From a bacterium (GTDB lineage Bacteria; RBG-13-61-14; DATKZS01): a stretch of DNA of 64,000 nt. This document shows positions 18,635-27,758 of this stretch, piece after piece. Where the stretch lies: positions 224,001 through 288,000 of the forward strand of contig CAXXFL010000004.1 in NCBI GenBank assembly GCA_963674965.2, given 5' to 3'. The stretch's first letter is position 1, and every line of letters starts with the position of its first letter. A program made the position numbers and the translations under genes. The notes beneath the pieces are model-generated. The model was given only the letters and a program-made list of their open reading frames with translations. It searched no databases and had not been told where the DNA came from.

Positions 18635-19222
18635 ATGAATATTGAGGGACCTCTTCCGATGGTTAAGGGGACGGCTTTTCTTGGCGTGCTCAAGTTCGTG
18701 AAGACCAGCCACAACGGCGAGGAAACGCTGGCCAAGGTTATGGGGTTGCTTTCCGATGAGTCGCGTCAATCCTTCAAGCATAAAATAATCGCGGTGGCGG
18801 ACTATCCTTACAAGACCTTCACCGAGCTTATTCGAGCGGTTGACAAGGTCCTGGGCACGGGCGATCTATCTCTTTGCCGCGAGCTTGGGAGATACACGGC
18901 CAAGCGGGACGTCGAGGGGATTTACGACTTTTACAAGAAGCGGGCCCGCCCCGATGACCTGGTAAGGGACGGCTCGGTCATCTGGAACAGTTATTACGTC
19001 AACGCCGGAGAGATGGAGCAGGAGGTTCGCGCCGACGGCGTGGTTGTTATCGGCATCCGGAGATTTGCCGCGATGGACGAGGCCCACGCTCGATTGCTTG
19101 AAGGCTGGATGAGCCAGGCCATGCAGGAGGCGGGCGCGGCCTGGATCACCGAGATTCGCGAGAGGCAAAGCCGGGCCGGAGAGGAAGACCTCAAGGTTTT
19201 CGAGGGAAAATGGAGGGTTTAA
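18635..19222 (+). CDS. V4R/H-NOX-fold-like (DUF2378-like) protein
   Basis: VKGTAF, YPYKTF, LCRELGR, IWNSYY, LLEGWM, FEGKW pattern. Confidence 0.6.
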   Translation: MNIEGPLPMVKGTAFLGVLKFVKTSHNGEETLAKVMGLLSDESRQSFKHKIIAVADYPYKTFTELIRAVDKVLGTGDLSLCRELGRYTAKRDVEGIYDFYKKRARPDDLVRDGSVIWNSYYVNAGEMEQEVRADGVVVIGIRRFAAMDEAHARLLEGWMSQAMQEAGAAWITEIRERQSRAGEEDLKVFEGKWRV

Positions 19223-19357
19223 TCCTCCCCCGGCCGCGACGGTTCCGGGGCGAATCTAGCAAGGCCATCCGATTTCGGCTAACATGTACTGATATACTAG
19301 GCGCCGGAAAGCCCGGCCTTTCGGCGATACGAAAAAAGTGGTAAGGGGATTCATCAG

Positions 19358-20347
19358 TTGTCGGTTGAGATGGCGCTGGAAAAAATCGCCGAGGCGAAAG
19401 CGAACCGCCTGGAGGAGCTTGACCTCTCCGGTCTCCAACTGAAGTATCTGCCCCCGGACCTTTGGAGGCTATACCGTCTCAAGTCCCTTAAACTCGACGG
19501 GAACAATTTCGACAGACTTCCTCCCGAGCTCAGCCGGCTGGAAAAACTCGAGCGCCTGTCCATCGCCTCGAACAACATCTCCGCCGTGCCCCAGGTATTG
19601 GGAAGGCTGGCCAACCTGGTCGAGCTCCGACTCGAGAACAACCGCCTTACCACCCTGCCCTCCCGGGTGGACAAGCTGAGAAACCTGAAAAGCCTCAGTC
19701 TGGACGACAACCAGATCACGGCCGTTCCTCCCGAGATCGGCAAGCTCAAAAGCCTCGAGAGGCTGACCTTGTCGGGAAACGATCTCAACCGGCTGCCCCG
19801 AGAGTTTTCCTGGCTGGTCCGGCTGCGCGAGCTTCACCTGAACCGCAACCGTCTCGAAACCCTGCCCATGTGGATCGGCGGGCTGAAAAGCCTGGCCATA
19901 TTGCTTGTCTCCGGCAACAGGCTCCAGACCCTGCCCTCGGAGATTGGCATGCTCGCCGGCCTTAAGATACTGACCGTATCGGCCAACGGGATGAACTCCG
20001 TGCCGCCGGAGTTGGGGAAACTTTCCGGCCTAACGCGGCTCAGGCTTAACGCCAACAACCTGACCCGCCTGCCCGAGAGTATGGGAGCGCTTGAGTCGCT
20101 AAGAGAACTCGATCTTTCAATGAACAAGCTCGTGTCGTTGCCCGATGAAATTGGAGAACTTAAGTCATTGGGCGTTCTGAAGATTTCGGCCAACTCCTTA
20201 AAAGCGCTGCCCCAAAGCATGAATGATTTGACCGCGCTTTCCGTCCTCGAGGTGGAGGGCAACCATTTCAAGGCCCCGCCGCCGGAGATTGCAAAGCTGG
20301 GAGGACAGGCGATACTGACCTATCTCCTGCTCGAGCACGGCGAATGA
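19358..20347 (+). CDS. Leucine-rich repeat protein (about 12 repeats of 23 aa)
   Basis: LxxLxLxxNxLxxLPxEIG periodicity throughout. Confidence 0.95.
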   Translation: MSVEMALEKIAEAKANRLEELDLSGLQLKYLPPDLWRLYRLKSLKLDGNNFDRLPPELSRLEKLERLSIASNNISAVPQVLGRLANLVELRLENNRLTTLPSRVDKLRNLKSLSLDDNQITAVPPEIGKLKSLERLTLSGNDLNRLPREFSWLVRLRELHLNRNRLETLPMWIGGLKSLAILLVSGNRLQTLPSEIGMLAGLKILTVSANGMNSVPPELGKLSGLTRLRLNANNLTRLPESMGALESLRELDLSMNKLVSLPDEIGELKSLGVLKISANSLKALPQSMNDLTALSVLEVEGNHFKAPPPEIAKLGGQAILTYLLLEHGE

Positions 20348-20397
20348 CCGCGCGCCCTCCTCGGGCAAGAGGCGGCTTCCCGCCCTTAAAATGGGCG

Positions 20398-20808
20398 TCA
20401 CTTTAATACGATAAACGAGCCTATGACCTTGATGAGCAGATTGTCCGACTCGTCCAGGACCTCCGACTCGACCGTCACTATTTTACCGCCCCTTTTGACC
20501 GTCCGGGCCGAGGCCTTGATCGTGCCCGACTTAATGGGCCTCAAGTACCTCACGCTCATCTCGATGGTCGCCGTGCTTTGGCCTTTTTCCAGATTGGCCA
20601 GGACCGCGTGGGCCATGGCCTCGTCGGCCAGGGTGGCCAGGATTCCGCCGGCCGTCACCCCGCCTCCCTGGATAAAGTCATCCCTCAAAGGCAGGGAAAG
20701 GACCGTCAACTCCCGGGATATTTTCTCCACCTTTACGCCCAGAAAATTGAATAGCGGGTTGGCCGTCTGTCCGGCGGCCGATACCCTCTCCAGATAATCC
20801 TTTTCCAT
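20398..20808 (-). CDS. PaaI-family thioesterase
   Basis: GGILATLADEAMA, ATIEMSVRYLRP. Confidence 0.92.
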   Translation of the reverse strand: MEKDYLERVSAAGQTANPLFNFLGVKVEKISRELTVLSLPLRDDFIQGGGVTAGGILATLADEAMAHAVLANLEKGQSTATIEMSVRYLRPIKSGTIKASARTVKRGGKIVTVESEVLDESDNLLIKVIGSFIVLK

Positions 20809-20972
20809 CAGATGGTTCTCCTTGGTCTCATTCCAATTATATTGCTTTACGGTAAAGAGGAAACCCAAGCCAACAATCGCATGGCGGCGAACGGATTCCC
20901 TGGCGAGTCCTCTCTCAAGCCATTATATTTGTTAACTTATTTTAAAACAAAGGTCTCCAATATAAAATTAAC

Positions 20973-21000
20973 TTGAAATTGGAAAAATTCGGCGTATAAT
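20973..21000 (+). promoter_or_regulatory. Sigma70-type promoter of the RRM gene
   Basis: TTGAAA-N16-TATAAT with AT-rich upstream sequence. Confidence 0.65.
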
Positions 21001-21159
21001 ATAAATAACTTATACTCACGGGAACTATAAGTTTTGCTACTCGATACTCTCGCCTCTTGATCGAGTAAGGGGTCCCAAGGGGACGCAAACTCGAACGTTT
21101 CTCGGATACACAAACAGGCGACATTCCGATATAACTGTTCGACCATCCAAGGAGAAAAA

Positions 21160-21486
21160 ATGAATATCTATGTGGGGAATCTGTCTTACGACCTGACGGA
21201 AGACGAGCTTCGCTCGGCCTTCGAGGCCTACGGCGAGGTTGACTCGGTAAACATCATCAAGGACAGGTACAGCGGCCAGTCCAAGGGCTTCGGCTTCGTC
21301 GAGATGAACGACGACGACAAGGCCTCGGCCGCCATCGAGGGCCTGAACCAGACCGAGCTGAAGGGACGCAACCTGAACGTCAACAAGGCCAAGCCCAGAA
21401 ACGACCGCGGCGACCGCGGTGGACGCGGCGGCGGCGGCGGCGGAAGGGGCGGCTACGGCGGCGGCGGCGGTCGCGGCAACTGGTAA
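21160..21486 (+). CDS. RRM RNA-binding protein with glycine-rich tail
   Basis: RNP2 IYVGNL, RNP1 KGFGFVEM, RGG tail. Confidence 0.97.
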   Translation: MNIYVGNLSYDLTEDELRSAFEAYGEVDSVNIIKDRYSGQSKGFGFVEMNDDDKASAAIEGLNQTELKGRNLNVNKAKPRNDRGDRGGRGGGGGGRGGYGGGGGRGNW

Positions 21487-21502
21487 TCGACGCTTTAAAC
21501 GC

Positions 21503-21539
21503 AAGCGCCCTTTTTGGACCTCTTCCAGAAAGGGCGTTT
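21503..21539. terminator. Probable bidirectional terminator hairpin between convergent genes
   Basis: AAGCGCCCTTTTTGGA-loop-TCCAGAAAGGGCGTTT. Confidence 0.7.
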
Positions 21540-21556
21540 GATTTTCTCTAGCCCTT

Positions 21557-22009
21557 TTAACCGAGAAGCTTCGCGGCTATCACGGTCAAGCCGCCTTCTT
21601 CCCGGTTGATTATCTCGACCCGGTCCATCATCCGCATTATGGCCGGAATGCCGCTTCCAAGTCCTCTTTTGCCGACGTCTCCTTCCAAAGGGAAGAGATA
21701 CCTTCCCTCCGAGAAGCCGTCGTCCATGGCCCTGGTCACGTCGCTTATGCCGGGGCCGTCGTCAACCGCGATTATCTCGATACCGACATCGGGAGGGGAA
21801 AGGCTTAAAAGCCTTATCGTGCCCTTCCCCGCGAACTTGACCATATTGTCCGCCAATTCGCTTACGGCGATGGCTATCTTCCACTGGTCCGTGCCCTGAA
21901 AACCCATCTCACTGGCAAGGCGGCGGACGGCGTTCCTGGCGTGGATGACGTCAAGCTGGCTATCTATCGATATTTCCAGCTTAATACCGGATAACGACGC
22001 AGGTTGCAT
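21557..22009 (-). CDS. Second RsbT-like anti-sigma/serine kinase (HATPase)
   Basis: AAGGAG-N7-ATG at 22009 inside the upstream gene's 3' end; KIAIAVSELADN, DDGPGI, GLGSGI, MDRVEI. Confidence 0.85.
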   Translation of the reverse strand: MQPASLSGIKLEISIDSQLDVIHARNAVRRLASEMGFQGTDQWKIAIAVSELADNMVKFAGKGTIRLLSLSPPDVGIEIIAVDDGPGISDVTRAMDDGFSEGRYLFPLEGDVGKRGLGSGIPAIMRMMDRVEIINREEGGLTVIAAKLLG

Positions 22010-22550
22010 CGTCGTGCTCCTTGCCGTGCCTGGAAAGTATATCTTGCGCCATCTCCCCGCAAGGCATCGAGTCGTAAGAGCCAAGATCCACCCGTGAGGA
22101 TATGCCGTCAGAATGAAGCAAAAACAGATTGCCTGGAATGAGACCAAAACCGTATTCCCTCACGCGACGCATACGATGGCCCACTATGCCCGGCGAGTTC
22201 ACCACGTTGTTCCTGCCTTGGCTGGTCCTGGCCCGAAGCTCGACGTTGCCCACGCCCACGAAGCAAAGCTCGCTTTTAGCCTCGTCGATCCTGAGCAGGG
22301 AAAGCGCCGCCCCCCTGGTGTGCGAAATGGCCTTGTTGCAGCCCTCCATCAGGACCTCGAGGTCCATGTCCCGGTTGGTCTCGACGTATTCGATCGCCGC
22401 CCTGGCCGCCTCGGCCGCCTTGGACCCGTGGCCGAGACCGTCGGCCAGAGCGATCAAGGTCGTCCTTTTTTCATCGTCTCGGAGTATTATATATTGGTCC
22501 CCGCATTCGACTTCGCCCAGCTTGGGCCTGGTGGCCGCTCCGACTTCCAT
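21981..22550 (-). CDS. rsbX: RsbX-like PP2C/SpoIIE phosphatase
   Basis: ECGD, ADGLGHG, TRGAA, GVGNV, HSDGI, HDDAT. Confidence 0.88.
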   Translation of the reverse strand: MEVGAATRPKLGEVECGDQYIILRDDEKRTTLIALADGLGHGSKAAEAARAAIEYVETNRDMDLEVLMEGCNKAISHTRGAALSLLRIDEAKSELCFVGVGNVELRARTSQGRNNVVNSPGIVGHRMRRVREYGFGLIPGNLFLLHSDGISSRVDLGSYDSMPCGEMAQDILSRHGKEHDDATCVVIRY

Positions 22551-22551
22551 G

Positions 22552-23238
22552 TCAATTCCTGTATTTCACCGCGGTGATGAGAGTGCCCGAGCTTCCCGTC
22601 TCGATATCGAACTCGTCCATGATCTTTCTGCAGCCGAGAATGCCGAGGCCAAGTCCGGTTTTGGACCTGTATTGTCCCGAGAGCACGTCGCTTAAATTGG
22701 GGATTCCATGGCCGTGGTCGATGCAAATAATCTTAATCCCCCGGGTCCCTCCCGCCAGGGGCTCGAAGCTTATAGCCCCCTCTCCCACGTAGCGGATGAC
22801 GTTCCGGGCCATCTCGGACACTGAGGTCGCGATCTTGATCTGCTCGGTCCGCGTGAAACCCATGCCCTCGGCGATGGCCCTGGCCTCGTTTCGAGCCACC
22901 ACTATATCGTCCTCCGTTTTCAGGTGAATGGAGCGGGCCTCGGCCTCGGCCGGTTCCCGTTTCCGGTCCTTTCCTGAATGGCCCCCCCGGCCCAGGTCGG
23001 CCAGCTTTTCCTTGCAGCTCGAGCGCATGGACTCGTCGCGAAGAAAGATATCTATGCCCTTGTTCAGGTTTTGAAGAAGGCTCTGGGAAACGCGCCCTCC
23101 CCTTTCCTCCAGGTCACCTCCCTGGCAGCGTTTAAGGCCGTACCTGAAGATGCCCCTGGCGACGGCGTCCTCCATGTACTCGCGCAGGATGCCCACGATA
23201 AGGGTTTCCTGCCGGCTCGCCGTCTCGGTCTCGCTCAC
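22552..23238 (-). CDS. rsbT: RsbT stressosome kinase with an extra ~100-aa N-terminal segment
   Basis: DIVVAR, IATSVSEMARNVIRY, DHGHGIP, GLGLG, MDEFDIET. Confidence 0.9.
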   Translation of the reverse strand: MSETETASRQETLIVGILREYMEDAVARGIFRYGLKRCQGGDLEERGGRVSQSLLQNLNKGIDIFLRDESMRSSCKEKLADLGRGGHSGKDRKREPAEAEARSIHLKTEDDIVVARNEARAIAEGMGFTRTEQIKIATSVSEMARNVIRYVGEGAISFEPLAGGTRGIKIICIDHGHGIPNLSDVLSGQYRSKTGLGLGILGCRKIMDEFDIETGSSGTLITAVKYRN

Positions 23239-23675
23239 GATATCTCCTCCAGGATCGAGTCTATGAGTTCATCGTCGTCCACCGCGTCTTGCCCATCTTC
23301 CTCATCCTCCTCCTCGTAGAAGTATTCCCGCCGCAGCATATCGAGGGCCGTCTCGATGGTAAGGGCCGTTTCCATGGCCGTAAGGGTCAGGCCCATCTCG
23401 ACCAGGGTGATGGCCATGGACGGGTCCAGACCCACGATGACCGCCTTCACGCCCATGAGCCGGACCACCTGGGATATGTCCCGAATCGAGCGGGCGATGT
23501 AGCTGTCCAGAATGTCGACGCCCGACACCTCGAGGATGAGACCCTTCGGGTCGTGCCGCTGGATTTCCTCGCAAATCCCGTCCTTCAGTTCATGGACCAG
23601 CTTGTCCGAAAGCTCCGTCTGGATCGAGACTAAAAGGTTGTCGTACAACCTGATGATGGGAATGTTCCGCGACAT
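23235..23675 (-). CDS. rsbS: RsbS stressosome STAS protein with an acidic C-terminal tail
   Basis: LLVSIQ, GVDILDSY (phospho-Ser site), AITLVEMG. Confidence 0.92.
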   Translation of the reverse strand: MSRNIPIIRLYDNLLVSIQTELSDKLVHELKDGICEEIQRHDPKGLILEVSGVDILDSYIARSIRDISQVVRLMGVKAVIVGLDPSMAITLVEMGLTLTAMETALTIETALDMLRREYFYEEEDEEDGQDAVDDDELIDSILEEIS

Positions 23676-23676
23676 T

Positions 23677-24366
23677 TCAAGCCTCTTCGTTCCTCATGTC
23701 CGAGCGCCGGATAAACTTGATGCAGTCCAGGAGCCCGGCCTTCAAGTTCCGGAGCGTCTTGACGGTCGAGAGGTCCGCGCCGATATCGACCAGGGTCTGG
23801 GCCACCGCCGGGTTGATGCCCGTGAGCACGCACCGGGCGCCCAGGAGCTGGGCCGCCTGCACCACCTTGAGGAGGTAATCGGCGGTCTTGGTGTCCACGA
23901 TCTCGACGCCGGTAATATCGATGATGATGCATCGGGACTGGCTCTCCACGATTTTAGAAAGGAGGTTGTCCATAATTTCCATGGACCTTCGGGTGTCGAC
24001 TATTCCGACGATGGGCAGGACGAGGACGTCGTCCCACACCTCCATGACAGGGGTGGACAGTTCGCGAATGGCCTCGGCCTGTTTCTCGATGGTGGAAAGG
24101 TTGTTCTCCAACTCCTTTTGCTTGTCCAGGAGGTTGTTCTCTTTTCTCCGGTTGTCTTCCTCCATGGTTCGGAGGTCCATGATCATGAAGTTGATCCCCA
24201 TCTCCAGGTTGGTAAGGGGATCGGGAGAGTCGAAAATCTCGATGTTAAGGTCGAAGTTGCCCTGGGCCACCTCGGTGAGGATTTTTTCCGCGCGCTCGAG
24301 CCGCTCGATGAGGTTGGGTACGGACGCTCCCTCCCCTTTGCCCGCGTCATTATCCTTTGTTGACAT
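23677..24366 (-). CDS. rsbR: RsbR stressosome STAS protein (HAMP-like/coiled-coil N-terminus)
   Basis: IRELSTPV, LPIVGIVDTRR, DITGVEIVDT, TGINPAVAQTLV. Confidence 0.93.
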   Translation of the reverse strand: MSTKDNDAGKGEGASVPNLIERLERAEKILTEVAQGNFDLNIEIFDSPDPLTNLEMGINFMIMDLRTMEEDNRRKENNLLDKQKELENNLSTIEKQAEAIRELSTPVMEVWDDVLVLPIVGIVDTRRSMEIMDNLLSKIVESQSRCIIIDITGVEIVDTKTADYLLKVVQAAQLLGARCVLTGINPAVAQTLVDIGADLSTVKTLRNLKAGLLDCIKFIRRSDMRNEEA

Positions 24367-24370
24367 GGCC

Positions 24371-24919
24371 CTAGTCCTCCCACTCGATAAGGTAGACGCA
24401 TTTGTCGCCGTCCTTGTGCCGGCAGGGGCCCTGGTCGTCGTGGGTCACCCTGGCGGTGGGGCAGAAGGTCTTGGCGATGACCTCGAAAATCCCGAAATCG
24501 AAGTGGCAGGGATAGGGGTTGTCGCAGGTCATCCTGCCCGAGTGGTCCGACTCCCTGGTCCAGTGGTATCCGCCGATTTCGCCGGGCTTGGCGTCGTGGT
24601 TCATGTAGTAGGCGTCGTTGATAATGGACATGGCCTTTTCCACGCCGTCGATGTCAGGGGGAAAAGCCGCGTTGGCGAAGATTCCCTGCCCGATCTTGCG
24701 CATGAACTCCCGACCGAACTGTTCCTGGAACTCTTTAAGGGCCTTGAAGAACTCCGTGAGAGGATACATGACGCTGGCGTCCCCCACCAACTCGTCCACC
24801 CCGAAATACTTGCAAAGGACGTTCTCGCCCCGCTTCTGGTAGGGACCGAAAGCCGATAAATAGGCCTTGAGAACGGCCCCCGTCACCCGGGCCTCACCGT
24901 GATAATCGAATTCCTTCAT
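24371..24919 (-). CDS. Stand-alone V4R (4-vinyl reductase)-like putative ligand/metal-binding protein
   Basis: AYYMNH, IGGY, CDNPYPCHFDFG, CRHKDGDKCVYLIEW. Confidence 0.75.
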   Translation of the reverse strand: MKEFDYHGEARVTGAVLKAYLSAFGPYQKRGENVLCKYFGVDELVGDASVMYPLTEFFKALKEFQEQFGREFMRKIGQGIFANAAFPPDIDGVEKAMSIINDAYYMNHDAKPGEIGGYHWTRESDHSGRMTCDNPYPCHFDFGIFEVIAKTFCPTARVTHDDQGPCRHKDGDKCVYLIEWED

Positions 24920-25561
24920 CTTCCTTCCTCCCCGCGCCCCTCACCGGGTGGGCGCGTTATTTCGCGGCCTAAGTACAAAAGGGTTAAACCTCCGCCCTCC
25001 GGCCGCGAGCCGTATTAACTTTTTTTGTCCTGACTGGGCCTCTTTACGGTTGGAGCGCAAGCGGTGAAAAACGAGTCGAATCCATCGGGGCCAAGAATCT
25101 TTAAAGTCGAATCGTCTTGGGCTAAAGCCGCCTGAAAAACCTATCCTGGCGGTCCACGTGGAGAAATACGATGATGCTTCAGGTCGTCGGACCAGACCTA
25201 TCGAGCCGGTCCGAATTTTTTCGCGGCCAGGACGGGTCGCATGGGCGAGCCCTCGGCCCGCCTCGCGTTCAAACCTCCTCCATCGCCGGGCAATCCCGAC
25301 ATTGCCGCCCCCAGGCGCGGGCGGCTTACTATCGAGGACGCCGTCGTCCCCTTCCCTTTAATAATTCACTCGAAATCCAGCGGCCGTTATGGGTCCCCGT
25401 GCTTATGGCGCCGGCTTTTTTGGAAATCCCGATATGCCCGACGACCCGCGACGCGTTAACCTGTCCCCGTTTGATTTCATCCCCCATGTATTTCCCGGGG
25501 ACGCGACGGATCGGTCGGCTCTCGTGCTATGCACTATAGTAATCCGGCTTGGCCCGGATTG

Positions 25562-26797
25562 TCAATTCGACCGCGCCTCCAGGTTTACGTATTTATTCAA
25601 GGGTCTTTCCAGTTCCCCGGCCCTCGAGTCGTCTCCCTTCAGGTAGGTCTCGAAAAATACCGCCGAGTAGTCCTTATAGGCCTGGGCCTTCTTCTTGTAG
25701 CCCGAGCGGAACCCGGGCAAAAACATCTTGACCAGGAAACTGGCCGCCAGGGTCATGTCCGATATGGTCATGTGATCGGTCTTGTCCAGCCTGATGGCGT
25801 ACTTGGGCGGGGGAGCGTTGTCGTATATTGCCTGGATCGGCTCCCAGGGCACTTCCATTTTCTTGTGTCCGCCCGAGATGATCATGATGGGTACCTCGAT
25901 CTCCGAGGCCGCCCGCTCGATCTCGGGAAAGAACGCCGCCGGGCCAAGGGGCAAGATGGCCTTCACCCGCTCGTCCTTCGCCCCCAGGGCCCCCTGGGAG
26001 CGAACGGACTCCATGCAGCAGGGGTCCATGCCCTCGCGCAGGGTCAGGCCCCGGTCCATGTCGCACTGCCCGGCCTCGGGGCTGAAGTCCTCGCAGTGAA
26101 AGGGCACGCCGCCGATCATGAGCGTCGTATAGCCGCCCAGCGAGTGGCCCGTGGCCCCTATCCTCGAGGGGTCGATCAAGCCCTCGATCACGTGGCCTGA
26201 GGCCCCGTTCCACTCGAGGGCCTTGTCGATGGCCGCCGAGGCCTCCCTCGGCCGATAGGAAAAGTCGTAGCCCATCTCCTCGAACTTGTCCTTGAAAAGT
26301 TCCATCACCGTCCCGCCCAGGTCGCCACCGCTCTTGACGGCCGCCGAGGCGATCCGGCCCGGCGTAATGTCCGGCTCTCCCTGGATATGACACATGGCCG
26401 AGTCCAGGTGGTCGGGAGCCACCACCACGTAGCCGTAGCTGGCCAGGTTCTCGGTGTAATAAACCGACTGGTCCCCGCAGGCCCCCATGCCGTGAGAGAA
26501 AAGGATCAAGGGATAAGGCCCGCCCTCCTTGTCCGCCGGCGCGTCGTAAACGGCCGCCCCCACCACGGCGCCCCCCGAGTACTCGTAGGGCTCGGCCGAG
26601 GGCTCGGCCGCCGGGTACCAGAGCATGACCCAGGTCGGGCGCCCGTCAAGGGTGGCCTTCTCCACCGTGACCCCCACCTTATAAGGACCATCGGGCGAGA
26701 AAGTCTTGAGAGGCTTCTTTGCCCACGCGCTTCCGGATATTAACAAGGCCGCCAAAGCGGCGCAACACGCCATAAACCTCGCTTTGTTCATTACCAT
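25562..26797 (-). CDS. Secreted alpha/beta hydrolase (dienelactone hydrolase/PAF-acetylhydrolase-like)
   Basis: Signal peptide; PLILFSHG, GYVVVAPDH, GHSLGG. Confidence 0.9.
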   Translation of the reverse strand: MVMNKARFMACCAALAALLISGSAWAKKPLKTFSPDGPYKVGVTVEKATLDGRPTWVMLWYPAAEPSAEPYEYSGGAVVGAAVYDAPADKEGGPYPLILFSHGMGACGDQSVYYTENLASYGYVVVAPDHLDSAMCHIQGEPDITPGRIASAAVKSGGDLGGTVMELFKDKFEEMGYDFSYRPREASAAIDKALEWNGASGHVIEGLIDPSRIGATGHSLGGYTTLMIGGVPFHCEDFSPEAGQCDMDRGLTLREGMDPCCMESVRSQGALGAKDERVKAILPLGPAAFFPEIERAASEIEVPIMIISGGHKKMEVPWEPIQAIYDNAPPPKYAIRLDKTDHMTISDMTLAASFLVKMFLPGFRSGYKKKAQAYKDYSAVFFETYLKGDDSRAGELERPLNKYVNLEARSN

Positions 26798-26849
26798 CTC
26801 CTTTCACGCGTGCATTATATCAAGAAAAGCAAAGGGAAGCCCGCTCGCG

Positions 26850-27416
26850 TCATTTCTCCCGCCCCCCTTGGCGAACGACCATGGTTTTTCCGGCCAGGTC
26901 CCCTATCCGCTGGTACTTTCGAGTCGCCGCCGCGGAAACGATGGTGGCCACGTGACAGGTAAGGAGGTCGGCCAGGCGGCACAGGTTTCTGATAAAGGCG
27001 GCCTTGGTCGTTACTCTCGAGCCGTCGGCCATGACCACCCTTATCCCCATAAGCGTCTTGCCGAGGCTCCTGCCCCATATTGCCTCGGTGACGAAGAAAT
27101 ATACGGGCAGAAATATATAATAAAAAAGCAAGATCGCCGCGCTCAGGGTGAACAAGACGTTAATAAATGAGCCCATGTCCCCGAGGAATACCGGCTCCTG
27201 AGACTTTATCAAATAGCGCCAAATACAAAAAGAAAAAGGGAGTTCGATCACGGCAAAGTCAATGCCATACGCGATGGACCTCCTTCCCAGGGAAGCCATC
27301 TCGTCCTCGCCTTCCCCAATCTCTATTCGAGGATTTTTCCGGGACCTGAAATGAAAATGCGCCGCCAGCACAGTAATTGCCGGTATCAGGAAAAAGACCA
27401 CGTCGCTAATCAGCAT
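26850..27416 (-). CDS. RDD family membrane protein
   Basis: ASLGRRSIAYGID, SLGKTLMGIRVV, IRNLCR, QRIGDLAGKTMVV. Confidence 0.92.
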   Translation of the reverse strand: MLISDVVFFLIPAITVLAAHFHFRSRKNPRIEIGEGEDEMASLGRRSIAYGIDFAVIELPFSFCIWRYLIKSQEPVFLGDMGSFINVLFTLSAAILLFYYIFLPVYFFVTEAIWGRSLGKTLMGIRVVMADGSRVTTKAAFIRNLCRLADLLTCHVATIVSAAATRKYQRIGDLAGKTMVVRQGGREK

Positions 27417-27711
27417 GGAAACATTTTTTCCAACTCCTGCGAATTTTGGCGTCCTCTAATAGGTCCCCGCCGGGATTCTCGGCTATCTTGGCTATGGCGT
27501 ATGGATGCAGAGGAATATCATCGCCAAGCCCGGCGGATACGGGGTCGGCCGGTTCTTCCCATATATCTGGGTCCGGCCGGAAAATATCGTTGGCCGACTC
27601 GTTTGGATTTACGGTTCTGTTTCTTCTGGCTTCGTCGTCGAGAGGCAGACAGCACTTCTTGTATTTCTTGCCGCTGCCGCAGGGGCCGGGAGCGTTTCGT
27701 CCGATTTTCAC
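27406..27711 (-). CDS. Short, probably truncated SEC-C motif protein
   Basis: KIGRNAPGPCGSGKKYKKCC (first Cys of the motif lost). Confidence 0.65.
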   Translation of the reverse strand: MKIGRNAPGPCGSGKKYKKCCLPLDDEARRNRTVNPNESANDIFRPDPDIWEEPADPVSAGLGDDIPLHPYAIAKIAENPGGDLLEDAKIRRSWKKCFHAD

Positions 27712-27758
27712 AGCTACTCCTTTTCCAGAATTCTTCCGTAATCGAGGACAGCAGGCAA

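Noticed and set aside
21079..21092. c-di-GMP-I riboswitch (GGGACGCAAA)
   Set aside because: The upstream GGCAAA/GNRA P2 stem and downstream P3 features are absent
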